Source: an uncultured Pseudomonadota bacterium (GTDB lineage Bacteria > Oederibacteriota > Muellerivitia > Muellerivitales > Muellerivitaceae). Taken from it: 64,000 nucleotides of DNA. This document shows, piece by piece, positions 26,660-36,286 of the stretch; the first letter of the stretch is position 1, and each line of letters begins with the position of its first letter. The DNA lies in the NCBI GenBank assembly GCA_963843375.1, contig CAWJKT010000011.1, positions 224,001 through 288,000 on the forward strand. Direction: 5' to 3'. Position numbers and translations under genes: made by a program. The notes beneath the pieces were generated by a model. The model saw only the letters and a list, made by a program, of their open reading frames with translations, did no database searches and was not told where the DNA came from.

Positions 26660-27451
26660 GTGGATCAAAAGAAAGTCAACTCGGTCGTTTTGGACGTGGA
26701 AAATGTCACCATTTCCTTTGGAGGATTGGTGGCGGTCGATGATTTTTCCCTGGTTCTGCGAGAAGGCGAATTGGCGGGGCTCATTGGACCCAACGGGGCG
26801 GGAAAAACCACCGTCTTCAACATCCTTTCGGGTATTTATCGGCCCCAGAGGGGGGACGTGCGGGTTTTGGGAAAATCAATCCTCGGCTTAAGGCCCAACC
26901 GGATCACCCATTTGGGACTGGTGCGTACCTTCCAAAATATCCGCCTCTTCAAGGACTTGACGGTCGAAACCAATATCAAGGTGGCTTTCCATCATTCCCA
27001 TCCCTATGGTGTTGGCGCGGCTCTGGCTCAAACCCAAAGGTTCGGGGATGTGGAAAAGGCTTTTTCCGAAGAGGCCGACCGCCTGATGCAGGTATTGGAA
27101 TTAACCCATCGCAAAGGAACCTTGGCCGGCGCATTGCCTTATGGAGACCAAAAAAAACTGGAAATCGCCCGGGCCCTGGCGACCGGAGCCCAAATCCTTC
27201 TTTTGGATGAGCCCGCTGCGGGCATGAATCCCCAGGAGTCCCAGTGGCTCATGCAGGTAATCCAGCGGCTGCGCAAGGACTTTAATCTTTCCATTCTTTT
27301 GATCGAGCACGATATGAAGGTGGTCATGGGCATTTGCGAGAAGATTTATGTGATGGACCACGGTATCAAGATCGCCGAAGGAACGCCCAAAGAAGTGCAA
27401 GAGGACCCCAAAGTGATCGAAGCCTATTTGGGAATAAAAAAGAAAAAATGA
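26660..27451 (+). CDS. livG: Branched-chain amino acid ABC transporter ATP-binding protein
   Basis: FGGLVAV, GPNGAGKTT, RTFQNIRLF, LPYG, LLLDEPAAG and IEHDM. Confidence 0.93.
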   Translation: MDQKKVNSVVLDVENVTISFGGLVAVDDFSLVLREGELAGLIGPNGAGKTTVFNILSGIYRPQRGDVRVLGKSILGLRPNRITHLGLVRTFQNIRLFKDLTVETNIKVAFHHSHPYGVGAALAQTQRFGDVEKAFSEEADRLMQVLELTHRKGTLAGALPYGDQKKLEIARALATGAQILLLDEPAAGMNPQESQWLMQVIQRLRKDFNLSILLIEHDMKVVMGICEKIYVMDHGIKIAEGTPKEVQEDPKVIEAYLGIKKKK

Positions 27452-28176
27452 CCCAGCCCCTTTTGGAAGTTAAAAATCTATCGGTTTTTTACGATGCTAT
27501 CCAGGCATTGAAGGGAATCAATTTAAGTGTCCCTAAGGGCTCGATCGTTTGTTTGATCGGCGCGAATGGGGCGGGGAAGTCCACAGTTCTTCGGGCCATC
27601 TCAGGAATTAAACGGCCCACCCAAGGGGAGATTCTTTTGAACGGCCTAAACATCACCGCTTTTGCTCCCCACGAACTGGTGAAAAAGGGAATTGTCCAAT
27701 GCCCCGAAGGTCGGGGGGTATTTCCCAACCTGACAGTTGAAGAGAACCTGGATTTGGGTGCCTATCCTTTCCATGACCGGCTTGAAATCCGTAAAGATCT
27801 GGAAAGGGTCTATGCCCTTTTTTCGCGGCTGAAAGAACGCCATGACCAAATGGCAGGCACCTTGTCGGGCGGGGAACAACAAATGCTGGCCATCGGCCGA
27901 GCGCTTATGGCCCGGCCCCTGTTATTGCTATTGGACGAGCCTTCCCTGGGTCTGGCTCCGCAGGTAACTGATCTTATTTTTGAAACCATTGAGAAAATCA
28001 ACCGGGCGGGGACAACGATTCTTTTGGTGGAACAAAACGCCCAATTGGCCCTGGAGGCTTCACGCACCGCCTATGTTCTTGAAACCGGGGAAATTCTTTT
28101 GGAGGGGGAAGCGGGGCAGATCCTTCAAAATCCAAAAGTCAAACAGGCTTATTTAGGCGAGTCCCTTTCCAAATAA
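27448..28176 (+). CDS. livF: Branched-chain amino acid ABC transporter ATP-binding protein
   Basis: ATGA overlap with livG; GANGAGKST, PEGRGVF, LSGGEQQMLAIGRALM and VEQNA. Confidence 0.93.
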   Translation: MTQPLLEVKNLSVFYDAIQALKGINLSVPKGSIVCLIGANGAGKSTVLRAISGIKRPTQGEILLNGLNITAFAPHELVKKGIVQCPEGRGVFPNLTVEENLDLGAYPFHDRLEIRKDLERVYALFSRLKERHDQMAGTLSGGEQQMLAIGRALMARPLLLLLDEPSLGLAPQVTDLIFETIEKINRAGTTILLVEQNAQLALEASRTAYVLETGEILLEGEAGQILQNPKVKQAYLGESLSK

Positions 28177-28234
28177 ACCCTTCAACGAACTTAACCTTAA
28201 TACGACAACCTGACGGATGACCCACTTCGAATAT

Positions 28235-28249
28235 TTTGTTGATATAATT
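28235..28249 (+). promoter_or_regulatory. Extended -10 promoter, copy 1 of 3
   Basis: TTTGTTGATATAATT (TGn-TATAAT), identical at 28735 and 30086. Confidence 0.75.
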
Positions 28250-28269
28250 CAAACATTAAAAGGACGGGT

Positions 28270-28704
28270 ATGAATACTAAATTATGGTTGGGCTTTTTTT
28301 TATATTTATTCCTGGTTGTTAACGGAATCGCTTCCGCGCAAAACGATCATTTTCCTCAGTTCATGGAAAAGGGAAATCGAGCCTATAACGACCAAAAATA
28401 CGACTTGGCCATCGACTATTACCAATCCGCCATCGATGATAAGGAAGATTGCTGGCAAGCTTATGTGGGACTGGGTAACTGCGCTTTTTACCTGAAAAAA
28501 TACAAGGACGCCTTAAACTATTACGAGAAGGCTTATAAGCTGAACCCGGATAACGGCGAATTGTCGAAATTCGTTTATTACTTGCGGAACAAATTGGCAG
28601 TCGCCCCCACGCCTACCCCAATCCCTCGATGGGCACCCGCGCCCCTTCCCGGTTTAGCTCCGCTTCCACCTTTGGGCCCCGTAACGCCGCTAACAAGGCC
28701 CTAA
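28270..28704 (+). CDS. Secreted TPR protein with Pro-rich tail (barrel-less paralog of the next two genes)
   Basis: Signal peptide; YDLAIDYY...WQAYVGLGN...AL.YYEKA.LNPDN. Confidence 0.85.
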   Translation: MNTKLWLGFFLYLFLVVNGIASAQNDHFPQFMEKGNRAYNDQKYDLAIDYYQSAIDDKEDCWQAYVGLGNCAFYLKKYKDALNYYEKAYKLNPDNGELSKFVYYLRNKLAVAPTPTPIPRWAPAPLPGLAPLPPLGPVTPLTRP

Positions 28705-28734
28705 AATCCCCCTAATTCTCTTTAACGGTCATTA

Positions 28735-28901
28735 TTTGTTGATATAATTACCCGGCTTAGCTTCAGGCCTGTGATTCGCCATTATGAGTGCGGCTTTCAA
28801 CTTTTTTAACCGAATTTGGATTCACTAGGTTCCCGCGGCATTTCCAAAATCAAAAGTTGAGCCGTTCCATAACAATATTTAAATGGAAAAGGTGACTCAA
28901 A
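28735..28901 (+). promoter_or_regulatory. Extended -10 promoter plus 152-nt structured leader (copy A)
   Basis: Promoter at 28735-28749; leader homologous to 30101-30252; AAAGGTGA RBS. Confidence 0.65.
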
Positions 28902-29939
28902 ATGAGAAAAACTAGATTGGCAGTGGCTTTGTTGATCGTTTTGATGGGATTGGCCTCAACGAACTGGGCCCAGCAGGACCCCGCGGCTCAAAATTTGATC
29001 GCCGCCAACGCGGCCTATGGGGCTAGAAATTACGACTTGGCCATCACCGATTACCAGGCTGCTTTGCAAAGCAATCCTAATTCCTGGCAAGCTTACATGG
29101 GAATAGGCAATTGTTATTACGTGAAGGGCGATAGCAACAACGCTTTGATGAATTACCAAAAGTCCTTGGCCCTTAATCCCAACAATCCCCACCTAGCCAG
29201 TTTGGCTCAAAGCATGCAGGCGACCGTCGCCGCTCCTAGCGCGGCTTCCACCCCAGCCATGACTTCTCCTGCCGCAACCACCGCTTCACCCGCCATCACC
29301 ACTGCGGCTCCCGCTGCTACTCCCCTTGCCACTGTGGTTTCTACTCCCGTTGCCGCTGTTGCTTTCAAACCGGCTGCCGCCTCCGTCAGTTCGGATAACG
29401 GAAAAGTGGTCCTCCAGGTCCAAGGCGGGTTGACGATCCCGACCAGCAGTGGTTTGTCGGATAATACCTCGGCCGGACCGGCCATTGAAGGTTTGATCGG
29501 CTACGCTTTTTCCAAGAATTTCACCTTGGGCTTGGAATGCGGGGTTGATGAATGGACCACACCGTCCACGAACAAAGCTTGGGGCGGGGTCGGGGGCCTC
29601 AATCACGTTCCCGTGGAAATGGTCGGCCAATTAAACATGGACACGGGTGGTTCGGTAACTCCCTTCGTGCTTCTGGGTGCCGGTGTTGCCTTTGACTATT
29701 CCTACAACAATCCCTTCTCCAACGACGAAAGTTGGGTGAATTTTGAACTGGATCCAGGGCTCGGCGTGGCCTTCAATCTCGCTAAGGACTTCAACCTCTT
29801 CGTTCAAGGCAAATTGGCTCTGGACTTCGCCTCCACCTCCGGGTTGACCGGCGAACTGATTCACGGCCCCAACAGTGCCGCATCGGACAGCCCGATTATT
29901 TCGATCCCCGTCCAATTGGGAGTGAATGTGTCCCTTTAA
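28902..29939 (+). CDS. TPR + Ala/Thr/Pro linker + outer-membrane beta-barrel fusion
   Basis: Signal peptide; TPRs NYDLAI..YQ, WQAYMGIGN; strands TPFVLLGAGVAF and IPVQLGVNVSL. Confidence 0.82.
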   Translation: MRKTRLAVALLIVLMGLASTNWAQQDPAAQNLIAANAAYGARNYDLAITDYQAALQSNPNSWQAYMGIGNCYYVKGDSNNALMNYQKSLALNPNNPHLASLAQSMQATVAAPSAASTPAMTSPAATTASPAITTAAPAATPLATVVSTPVAAVAFKPAAASVSSDNGKVVLQVQGGLTIPTSSGLSDNTSAGPAIEGLIGYAFSKNFTLGLECGVDEWTTPSTNKAWGGVGGLNHVPVEMVGQLNMDTGGSVTPFVLLGAGVAFDYSYNNPFSNDESWVNFELDPGLGVAFNLAKDFNLFVQGKLALDFASTSGLTGELIHGPNSAASDSPIISIPVQLGVNVSL

Positions 29940-29961
29940 TCTTTATTCTTTCTTTGTTTTC

Positions 29962-29998
29962 AACCCCGCTTTCCTTTGGGAGGGCGGGGTTTTGTTTT
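29962..29998 (+). terminator. Intrinsic terminator
   Basis: AACCCCGCTTTCC-TTTG-GGAGGGCGGGGTT followed by T-rich sequence. Confidence 0.75.
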
Positions 29999-30072
29999 CT
30001 ACGGTTTTTTCGTCTAAAAATAAAAGGCCTAATAATGTCCATTTCATAACCCTTGACAGCCTTTATTTAACA

Positions 30073-30252
30073 TTGACGTCCCTATTTTGTTGATATAATT
30101 ACGCCGCTTGTCTTACGGTTCATCGTTTGCCGACATGAATCCGCCATTCAATTCACTTTTGATGATTCCATTTGGATACCCCGGTTGCCACCGGTTCTTT
30201 CGAATCCAAAGGTTTAGCTGTTCCATTACTAAAATATGAAAAGGTGAGCGAT
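30073..30252 (+). promoter_or_regulatory. Promoter (TTGACG ... TGATATAAT) plus 152-nt structured leader (copy B)
   Basis: Same 15-mer at 30086-30100; leader aligns with 28750-28901. Confidence 0.65.
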
Positions 30253-31233
30253 ATGAAAAAATTGAAATTCGCCGTGGCTGTGTTAATAGCTGTCATCGGG
30301 TTGGCCGCATCCGCCCGAAGCCAGGACCTGTCGGCGCAATATATGCAAGCGGGTAATACGGTTTATTCGCAAAAGAATTACGATCTGGCCATCCGTTATT
30401 ACCAGGGTGTCGTCCAAATCAATCCCAATTATTGGCAGGCCTACCAGGGAATGGGAAATTCCTATTACGGTAAGGGCGATACCGCCAATGCTTTGACGAA
30501 TTACCAAAAAGCGCTGGCCATCAATCCCAACAATCCCCAACTGGCGAGTTTTGTGCAAAGCCTGCAGGCCAGCGCCCCCGCTCCCGGCCCGGCTTCCAAC
30601 CCCTCTTCTTCCCCGGCACCGGCTTCAAGACCCATGAACAGCGCTTCGGCCGCAGCCAAGACTTTTGAAATCGATCCTATGGCAGGGATTGCGATCTCCA
30701 CCTCGGGCGGGTATAGCGTTGGATTTGGCGGCGGGGTAGCGGGTTATTTTCCCGCAGGCGGTGGTTTATTTCTCGGAGGATCACTGGGCTTTTATACTTT
30801 CAGCGCCTCCTCCTCCTCGGTGGATGAAGTTCCTCCCTATGGCAGCATCACCTCAGGGACCAGCAGCAATTGGACCAATATCGAAATTCTGGCCTCTGGA
30901 AAATACCGTTTGGAAGGCGGTAATGGCCTAACGCCCTACCTTTTGGGTGGAGCGGGTCTTTCATTGTTTGGTGTATCCAGCACAAGTTCAACCACGTACA
31001 ACTTCAATCCCCCTTACAACACCCCTGAATATGAAGATGAATTTCCAAATACAACTACTTCCGTTCCGGGCAGTTCCAGCATTTATCCCACGATTCAAGT
31101 GGGCGGTGGCGCGGAGATTTCATTGGGCCCCGACATGAATGCATTTGGGGAAGCCAAATATACTTTGATCATCGGCCAGGGCGGTACCGCTGGGTACATT
31201 CCCGTCGAAGTCGGTTTAAATATCAAAATTTAA
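30253..31233 (+). CDS. TPR + linker + outer-membrane beta-barrel fusion (paralog)
   Basis: AAAGGTGA RBS; signal peptide; TPR closely similar to that of 28902; strands TPYLLGGAGLSLF and IPVEVGLNIKI. Confidence 0.82.
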   Translation: MKKLKFAVAVLIAVIGLAASARSQDLSAQYMQAGNTVYSQKNYDLAIRYYQGVVQINPNYWQAYQGMGNSYYGKGDTANALTNYQKALAINPNNPQLASFVQSLQASAPAPGPASNPSSSPAPASRPMNSASAAAKTFEIDPMAGIAISTSGGYSVGFGGGVAGYFPAGGGLFLGGSLGFYTFSASSSSVDEVPPYGSITSGTSSNWTNIEILASGKYRLEGGNGLTPYLLGGAGLSLFGVSSTSSTTYNFNPPYNTPEYEDEFPNTTTSVPGSSSIYPTIQVGGGAEISLGPDMNAFGEAKYTLIIGQGGTAGYIPVEVGLNIKI

Positions 31234-31256
31234 CCCGGTTGATTTCCGTTTTAACC

Positions 31257-31289
31257 CCCGTTCCAACTTCTTGGAACGGGATTTTTTTT
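31257..31289 (+). terminator. Intrinsic terminator
   Basis: CCCGTTCCAA-CTTC-TTGGAACGGG followed by A and a T-run. Confidence 0.8.
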
Positions 31290-31362
31290 ATGGCTTCCTG
31301 TCACTTGTGTTGCCCCTCTACCCCGCTTAAGATACTCCCCGCTTTGATCAAGGGAGTAGCTA

Positions 31363-32787
31363 TTGAATCCGTTTAAAGAAAACCGAATCCTCCGATTCTT
31401 GGGCTCCGTCCAGTTGGCCCTGCCCATGATTCTCATCCTGGCGGTCCTACTGGCTACGGGCACCATCGTGGAATCCCGATTTTCCACGCCTATCGCTAAA
31501 AGGTTCGTCTACGGCACTTGGTGGTTCGGGGGGTTCCTGGTACTGCTGGCCGTCAACCTCTTCTGTTCGGCCTTTTCCCGCTTTCCCTGGAAGAAATATC
31601 AAACCGGTTTCGTGATCACCCACTTGGGCATCATCTGCGTCCTGGCCGGCTCCCTGGTGACCCAGCAATTAGGAGTGGACGGCCAAATTGCCCTGAAGGA
31701 AGGGGAGCAAGGCCATGTTTTCCAGCAGGACAAGCCAAACCTCTATTATCAGTTCGGCGACGGGGCCATCGAAAAGCTGCCAGCTTCCTTTCCCATCCGG
31801 GCACCCAATCCCGACCATCCCCTTCTCGTCACCATGCCGGAAGGCGGGCTATTGATGGTGGACCAGTTTTACCTCAACGCCGAAAAGAGGGTCCGGGGCC
31901 GCGAGGCGGAACAAGGGGAGAAAGGCTATCCCTCCGTCCATTTGATCCTGAACAGCTCCTTCGTGAAAGAGAACCAATGGCTTTTCCTGGGGCATCCCGA
32001 TTACGGCCATTTGGACCTGGGTCCCGCTTCGGTGTTTTACGAAAAGGAAGAAGATTGGAAAAAAAACCTGCGGCACGGAGCCAAAGACGTAAGCAACAAC
32101 GCCCTGGCGGTCTTGACGACCCCGGACGGGAGCCTGAAATACCAAACCCGGTATCATGGGGATTTTCAGCCGGAACAGGACCTGAAAACGGGCCAGGATT
32201 ACTCGACGGGCTGGATGGACATGCAGTTTCAGGTTGAAGATCGCCTCTCCAACGCGGTTCCCGAGGAGGTTTACGAACCTCAGCCCTTTCCCTACCAAAA
32301 GGACCCCGAACCCGCCCTTCATTTCGAGGTCCTGCGCCAGCCGGACAAGAAAGAGGGCTGGCTGGGATATCAAAGCTCACCGGTTTCTTTTATGCTGGCC
32401 GACGGGCAGAACTTATCCATCGCTTACGGCCCCCAGCGGCTGGAGTTGCCTTTCCAGCTCCAACTGGTTAAGTTCAACGTAGGTTTTGATCCCGGAACCG
32501 AGAAGCCCGCTTCCTACGCCAGCAACGTCTATTACATAGATCCAGAAAAGGGGACCCAGGTTCCGGTTACCATCAGCATGAACAACCCGCTCCATTATCT
32601 GGGTTATACCGTGTACCAGGCCAGTTACGAGGCGGAAGCGGACGGCACCTATACTTCAGTCTTTTCCGTAGGGAAGGATCCTGGCATTTATTTAAAATAC
32701 GGCGGGGCGATCGTGCTGGTCTCGGGGATCATCTTTATGTTTTGGTTTAAAAATCCGGCTTGGAAGAAGGAAGCGAATGAGGTTTAA
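31363..32787 (+). CDS. resB: Cytochrome c biogenesis protein ResB/CcsB (system II)
   Basis: FLGSVQLA..., GFVITHLG, SYAS, ISMNNPLHYLGYTVYQASY and KDPG. Confidence 0.9.
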   Translation: MNPFKENRILRFLGSVQLALPMILILAVLLATGTIVESRFSTPIAKRFVYGTWWFGGFLVLLAVNLFCSAFSRFPWKKYQTGFVITHLGIICVLAGSLVTQQLGVDGQIALKEGEQGHVFQQDKPNLYYQFGDGAIEKLPASFPIRAPNPDHPLLVTMPEGGLLMVDQFYLNAEKRVRGREAEQGEKGYPSVHLILNSSFVKENQWLFLGHPDYGHLDLGPASVFYEKEEDWKKNLRHGAKDVSNNALAVLTTPDGSLKYQTRYHGDFQPEQDLKTGQDYSTGWMDMQFQVEDRLSNAVPEEVYEPQPFPYQKDPEPALHFEVLRQPDKKEGWLGYQSSPVSFMLADGQNLSIAYGPQRLELPFQLQLVKFNVGFDPGTEKPASYASNVYYIDPEKGTQVPVTISMNNPLHYLGYTVYQASYEAEADGTYTSVFSVGKDPGIYLKYGGAIVLVSGIIFMFWFKNPAWKKEANEV

Positions 32788-34549
32788 AAAAGTAAAAAGG
32801 GGACATGAAGGCATTCAGAAAGTCTTTTTTAAAATGATAAATACAAAACTTTTCATCCGCCTTCTTTTGCTTTTCTTCGTGTCTTTGTCCCTTCGCGGTT
32901 CAACCGCCTTTGCCGACGCGCTGAATTTCAAGACCTTATCCCTCATTCCCATCCAAGAGGGGGGCCGCATCAAGCCCTTCGACACCTTCGCCCGCGAAAG
33001 CGTGCGGCTCGTGACGGGTCATGAACACTTTGAGGGCCAAAATTCCATTACGACGGTACTGGATTGGGCCACCCATCCCCAGAACTGGGAGAACAAGGAT
33101 TTTATTCTTGTCGACAACCTGGATTTTCGCGCCCTCATCGGCCTGCCCAACAGTCAGGGGAAAGTCTCGCCCCACTTTTTGGTGAACCATGAGGGTTTCA
33201 TTTCTTACGCCAAGACCAGCTACGCCAAACAACAAAAAAAGATGGCGCTGGATCCCAAGGAAAAGGAAGCCTTGGCGGTTTTCGGTCGTCTCCAGCGGTT
33301 CGAGGACATCCGTTCGGGCGACGCCCTGTCCATGATTCCCGTCATGGACGACAAGACCCAAAAGTGGGGCACCTTCGGCGATTTGAATCGGGCTTACGCC
33401 ACCAACCAGTCCCATATACCCGCCGCGGCCATGGCGGTGTTGGAAGCTTTCGCGGGAGTCTTGAGCGCCTATGACAAACAGGAGGCGGACAAATTCCTCA
33501 ATGAAACACAAAGTCTCTCCCAAATCCTTTCGCAAATCGGGGGCCGGGATTACGCGGACATCGGCAAAATGCGCCTGGAAGTACTCTTTAACGCTCTAAA
33601 GCCATTCCGTTGGGCTTGGATCATCCATCTTTTGGCGGCAATACTCATCAGCCTTTCCCTGGCTTTCAAAAACCCCAAAATCTCCAATTGGTTTTTCAGG
33701 CCGGGTTTCCTCTGTTTTGAAGCGGGCATTGGCATCAGTATTTACGGTTTTGTCCTTCGGTGCGCCATTGCAGGCCGCCCGCCGGTTTCCAACATGTATG
33801 AGTCTCTCATCTGGGTGACCTTCGGCATGACGGTTTTCGCCCTTATCTTCGAATGGATATTCAAAACCCGGTTCTTCGCTCTGGCGGGGTCGATTTTGGC
33901 GGTAGTGGGCTTCATCTTGGCGGACAATGTTCCGACCATTCTGGACCCCTCCATCCAGCCGATCGAGCCGGTCCTTCGCAGCAACTTCTGGCTGACCATC
34001 CACGTGTTGACCATCACCCTCAGTTATGCGGCTTTCCTGCTTTCACTGGGCATCGGTCATGTGTGTCTTTGGAGCCTTTGGAAGCATCCGGGGGATAAAT
34101 CCCGTTTGCAGGGGCAGACCCGGCTTCTATATAGAGTCGTCCAGGTGGGGGTGGTGCTTTTGGCCGCCGGGACCATATTGGGCGGGGTTTGGGCTAATTA
34201 TTCCTGGGGCCGGTTTTGGGGATGGGATCCCAAGGAGACCTGGGCCCTGATTGCCCTTTTGGGTTATGTGGCCATTCTTCACGGACGTTTGGCCGGGTGG
34301 CTGAAGGAGGTGGGGTTCACCATCGGGGTGATCTGCGCTTTTCTGGGCGTCCTAATGGCTTGGTACGGGGTCAACTTTATCCTGGGTGTGGGCCTTCACA
34401 GCTATGGCTTTTCCAAGGGGGGCCTGCCCTTCGTGATAACCTTCGTTGTGGTCGAGATAGTACTGGTGACGACGGTGGGGTTGAAGGCCCGGCATGCCCA
34501 ATTGGCGCTTCGGCCCAAAGTGGATTCCAGGCCTTTGACGCAATCCTGA
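32777..34549 (+). CDS. ccsA: Cytochrome c biogenesis protein CcsA/ResC (system II)
   Basis: GRIKPFDT, PPVSNMYES, WLTIHV, WWD domain WANYSWGRFWGWDPKETW and GLHSY. Confidence 0.95.
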   Translation: MRFKKVKRGHEGIQKVFFKMINTKLFIRLLLLFFVSLSLRGSTAFADALNFKTLSLIPIQEGGRIKPFDTFARESVRLVTGHEHFEGQNSITTVLDWATHPQNWENKDFILVDNLDFRALIGLPNSQGKVSPHFLVNHEGFISYAKTSYAKQQKKMALDPKEKEALAVFGRLQRFEDIRSGDALSMIPVMDDKTQKWGTFGDLNRAYATNQSHIPAAAMAVLEAFAGVLSAYDKQEADKFLNETQSLSQILSQIGGRDYADIGKMRLEVLFNALKPFRWAWIIHLLAAILISLSLAFKNPKISNWFFRPGFLCFEAGIGISIYGFVLRCAIAGRPPVSNMYESLIWVTFGMTVFALIFEWIFKTRFFALAGSILAVVGFILADNVPTILDPSIQPIEPVLRSNFWLTIHVLTITLSYAAFLLSLGIGHVCLWSLWKHPGDKSRLQGQTRLLYRVVQVGVVLLAAGTILGGVWANYSWGRFWGWDPKETWALIALLGYVAILHGRLAGWLKEVGFTIGVICAFLGVLMAWYGVNFILGVGLHSYGFSKGGLPFVITFVVVEIVLVTTVGLKARHAQLALRPKVDSRPLTQS

Positions 34550-34637
34550 CCTAATTTAGCTTTTCGCCAATCCACCCTGTCCCCGAAGAGGGTGGGTGTT
34601 CAATTCGTGGTATAACCCGGTTGAGGTTAAATATTTT

Positions 34638-36155
34638 TTAAAAACCGTATAAGGCCCCAAATTTATTTTTGAGATAACCCAAGAAAAACTCGCTGGTTAA
34701 TTCCTGCCCCGTCACTTTCTTACACAAGTCCCCGGCTCTATAGCGCTGGCCCTCGATGTGGATCTTTTCATTTAACCACTTCTTTAGGGGTTTGAAGTCT
34801 CCCTTCTCGAATTTTCCTTCCAAGGGTCCGGCCGCCTTTTCGGCGGTGGCGAAGAACTGGGCCGAATAGAGGTTGCCCAGGGTATAGGTGGGGAAATAGC
34901 CGAAACTTCCATGGCTCCAATGCACGTCCTGCAGACAACCTTGGGAGTCACTGGGCGGGGTGACGCCTAGGTATTGTTTCACGGCTTCGTTCCAGACCTT
35001 GGGCACGTCCGCTGCCTTGAGGCTTCCCGAAATCAGGGCAGTCTCGATGTCATAGCGAAGGGCGACATGCAGGTTATATGTAACTTCGTCCGATTCGGTG
35101 CGGATGAAGGAAGGGGCCGAGTGGTTGATGGCGAAATAAAAAGCCTCCAGCGTCAGGTCGTCGAAGGTGCCGGGGAAAGATTTTTTCAACTCAGGGAAGA
35201 AGAATTTCCAAAAAGCCAGGCTTCGGCCCACCAGGTTTTCCCACAGGCGGGATTGGGATTCGTGGATGCCAAGGGACACCGCCGAGGCGCGGGGGGTTCC
35301 GTAATGGTTCTCCGCGGGGAGATTCTGGTCGTAGATGCCGTGGCCGGACTCATGGAGGGTGCTGAAGAAGGCGTTCTCAAAATTGGTTTCCTCGAAACGG
35401 GTGGTGATGCGGGTGTCCCAAGGCCCCAGGCCGGTGGTAAAGGGATGGGCGGAAACGTCGATGCGGCCCTTGGCAAAATCAAAACCGATGGACTCGGATA
35501 ATTTACGGCAGAAGGCCACCTGTTGGGGAACGGGGCAGGGGCGTTTCAAAATGGAAAGGTCTGGTTGTTTTTTGGAAGAGGTAATCTTGGCCACCATTTC
35601 CGAGAGGCTTTTTTTTAGGGGTGGGAAGAGCTGGTTGAGTTTGGCAGTGGTCAGGCCCGGTTCGTAATCTTCCAAAAGGGCGTCATAGGGATGTTCCTGG
35701 TAGCCGTAACACTTGGCTTGTTCCTGCACCAGACCGATTATTTTTTCAAGCCAGGGTTGGAACCTTGAAAATTTGCTTTCCTTGCGGGCTTCCACCCATT
35801 CCACCTGGGCGTTGGAGGTGACCCGGGCCATTTCCTCCACCAGTTTCTGGGGTAGTTTGGTGGAACGGTCGTAGGAATGGCGCCATTCCCTTAAATTTAC
35901 CGAACTATCGGAAAGGGTATCGGAAGTTAGGGTCTTGGAGGATTCGGCCTTGGAGATGAGTTCCCCCACGGCGGGGTCGGTGAACTTTTGGTGGAGCATG
36001 CCGGCCAAGAGGGAAAGCTGTTCGGCCCGGTAGGGGGCGTTAGCGGGCGGCATATAGACTTCCTGATCCCAGCCCAGTACCCCGGCGGTATTGCCCAGCA
36101 CGGCGATTTCCTTCATGCGTTTTAAAAGATCCTCATAAGATTGTTCGGGAGTCAT
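34638..36155 (-). CDS. Carboxypeptidase M32 (carboxypeptidase Taq family)
   Basis: HPF, HESGH, HESQS, IRTESDE, QDVHW and GYFPTY. Confidence 0.96.
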   Translation of the reverse strand: MTPEQSYEDLLKRMKEIAVLGNTAGVLGWDQEVYMPPANAPYRAEQLSLLAGMLHQKFTDPAVGELISKAESSKTLTSDTLSDSSVNLREWRHSYDRSTKLPQKLVEEMARVTSNAQVEWVEARKESKFSRFQPWLEKIIGLVQEQAKCYGYQEHPYDALLEDYEPGLTTAKLNQLFPPLKKSLSEMVAKITSSKKQPDLSILKRPCPVPQQVAFCRKLSESIGFDFAKGRIDVSAHPFTTGLGPWDTRITTRFEETNFENAFFSTLHESGHGIYDQNLPAENHYGTPRASAVSLGIHESQSRLWENLVGRSLAFWKFFFPELKKSFPGTFDDLTLEAFYFAINHSAPSFIRTESDEVTYNLHVALRYDIETALISGSLKAADVPKVWNEAVKQYLGVTPPSDSQGCLQDVHWSHGSFGYFPTYTLGNLYSAQFFATAEKAAGPLEGKFEKGDFKPLKKWLNEKIHIEGQRYRAGDLCKKVTGQELTSEFFLGYLKNKFGALYGF

Positions 36156-36286
36156 GGCTTATCCTTTCATGGTCTTTTGTTGGTATGCAAAAAGTTTGTT
36201 GTCATTCGCAGGAGCAAAGCCGATAGGCTTGATTTGCAACGGTTCAAACCGTCCGGATTGGAACTGGACCTCGCAATAACATGCTT

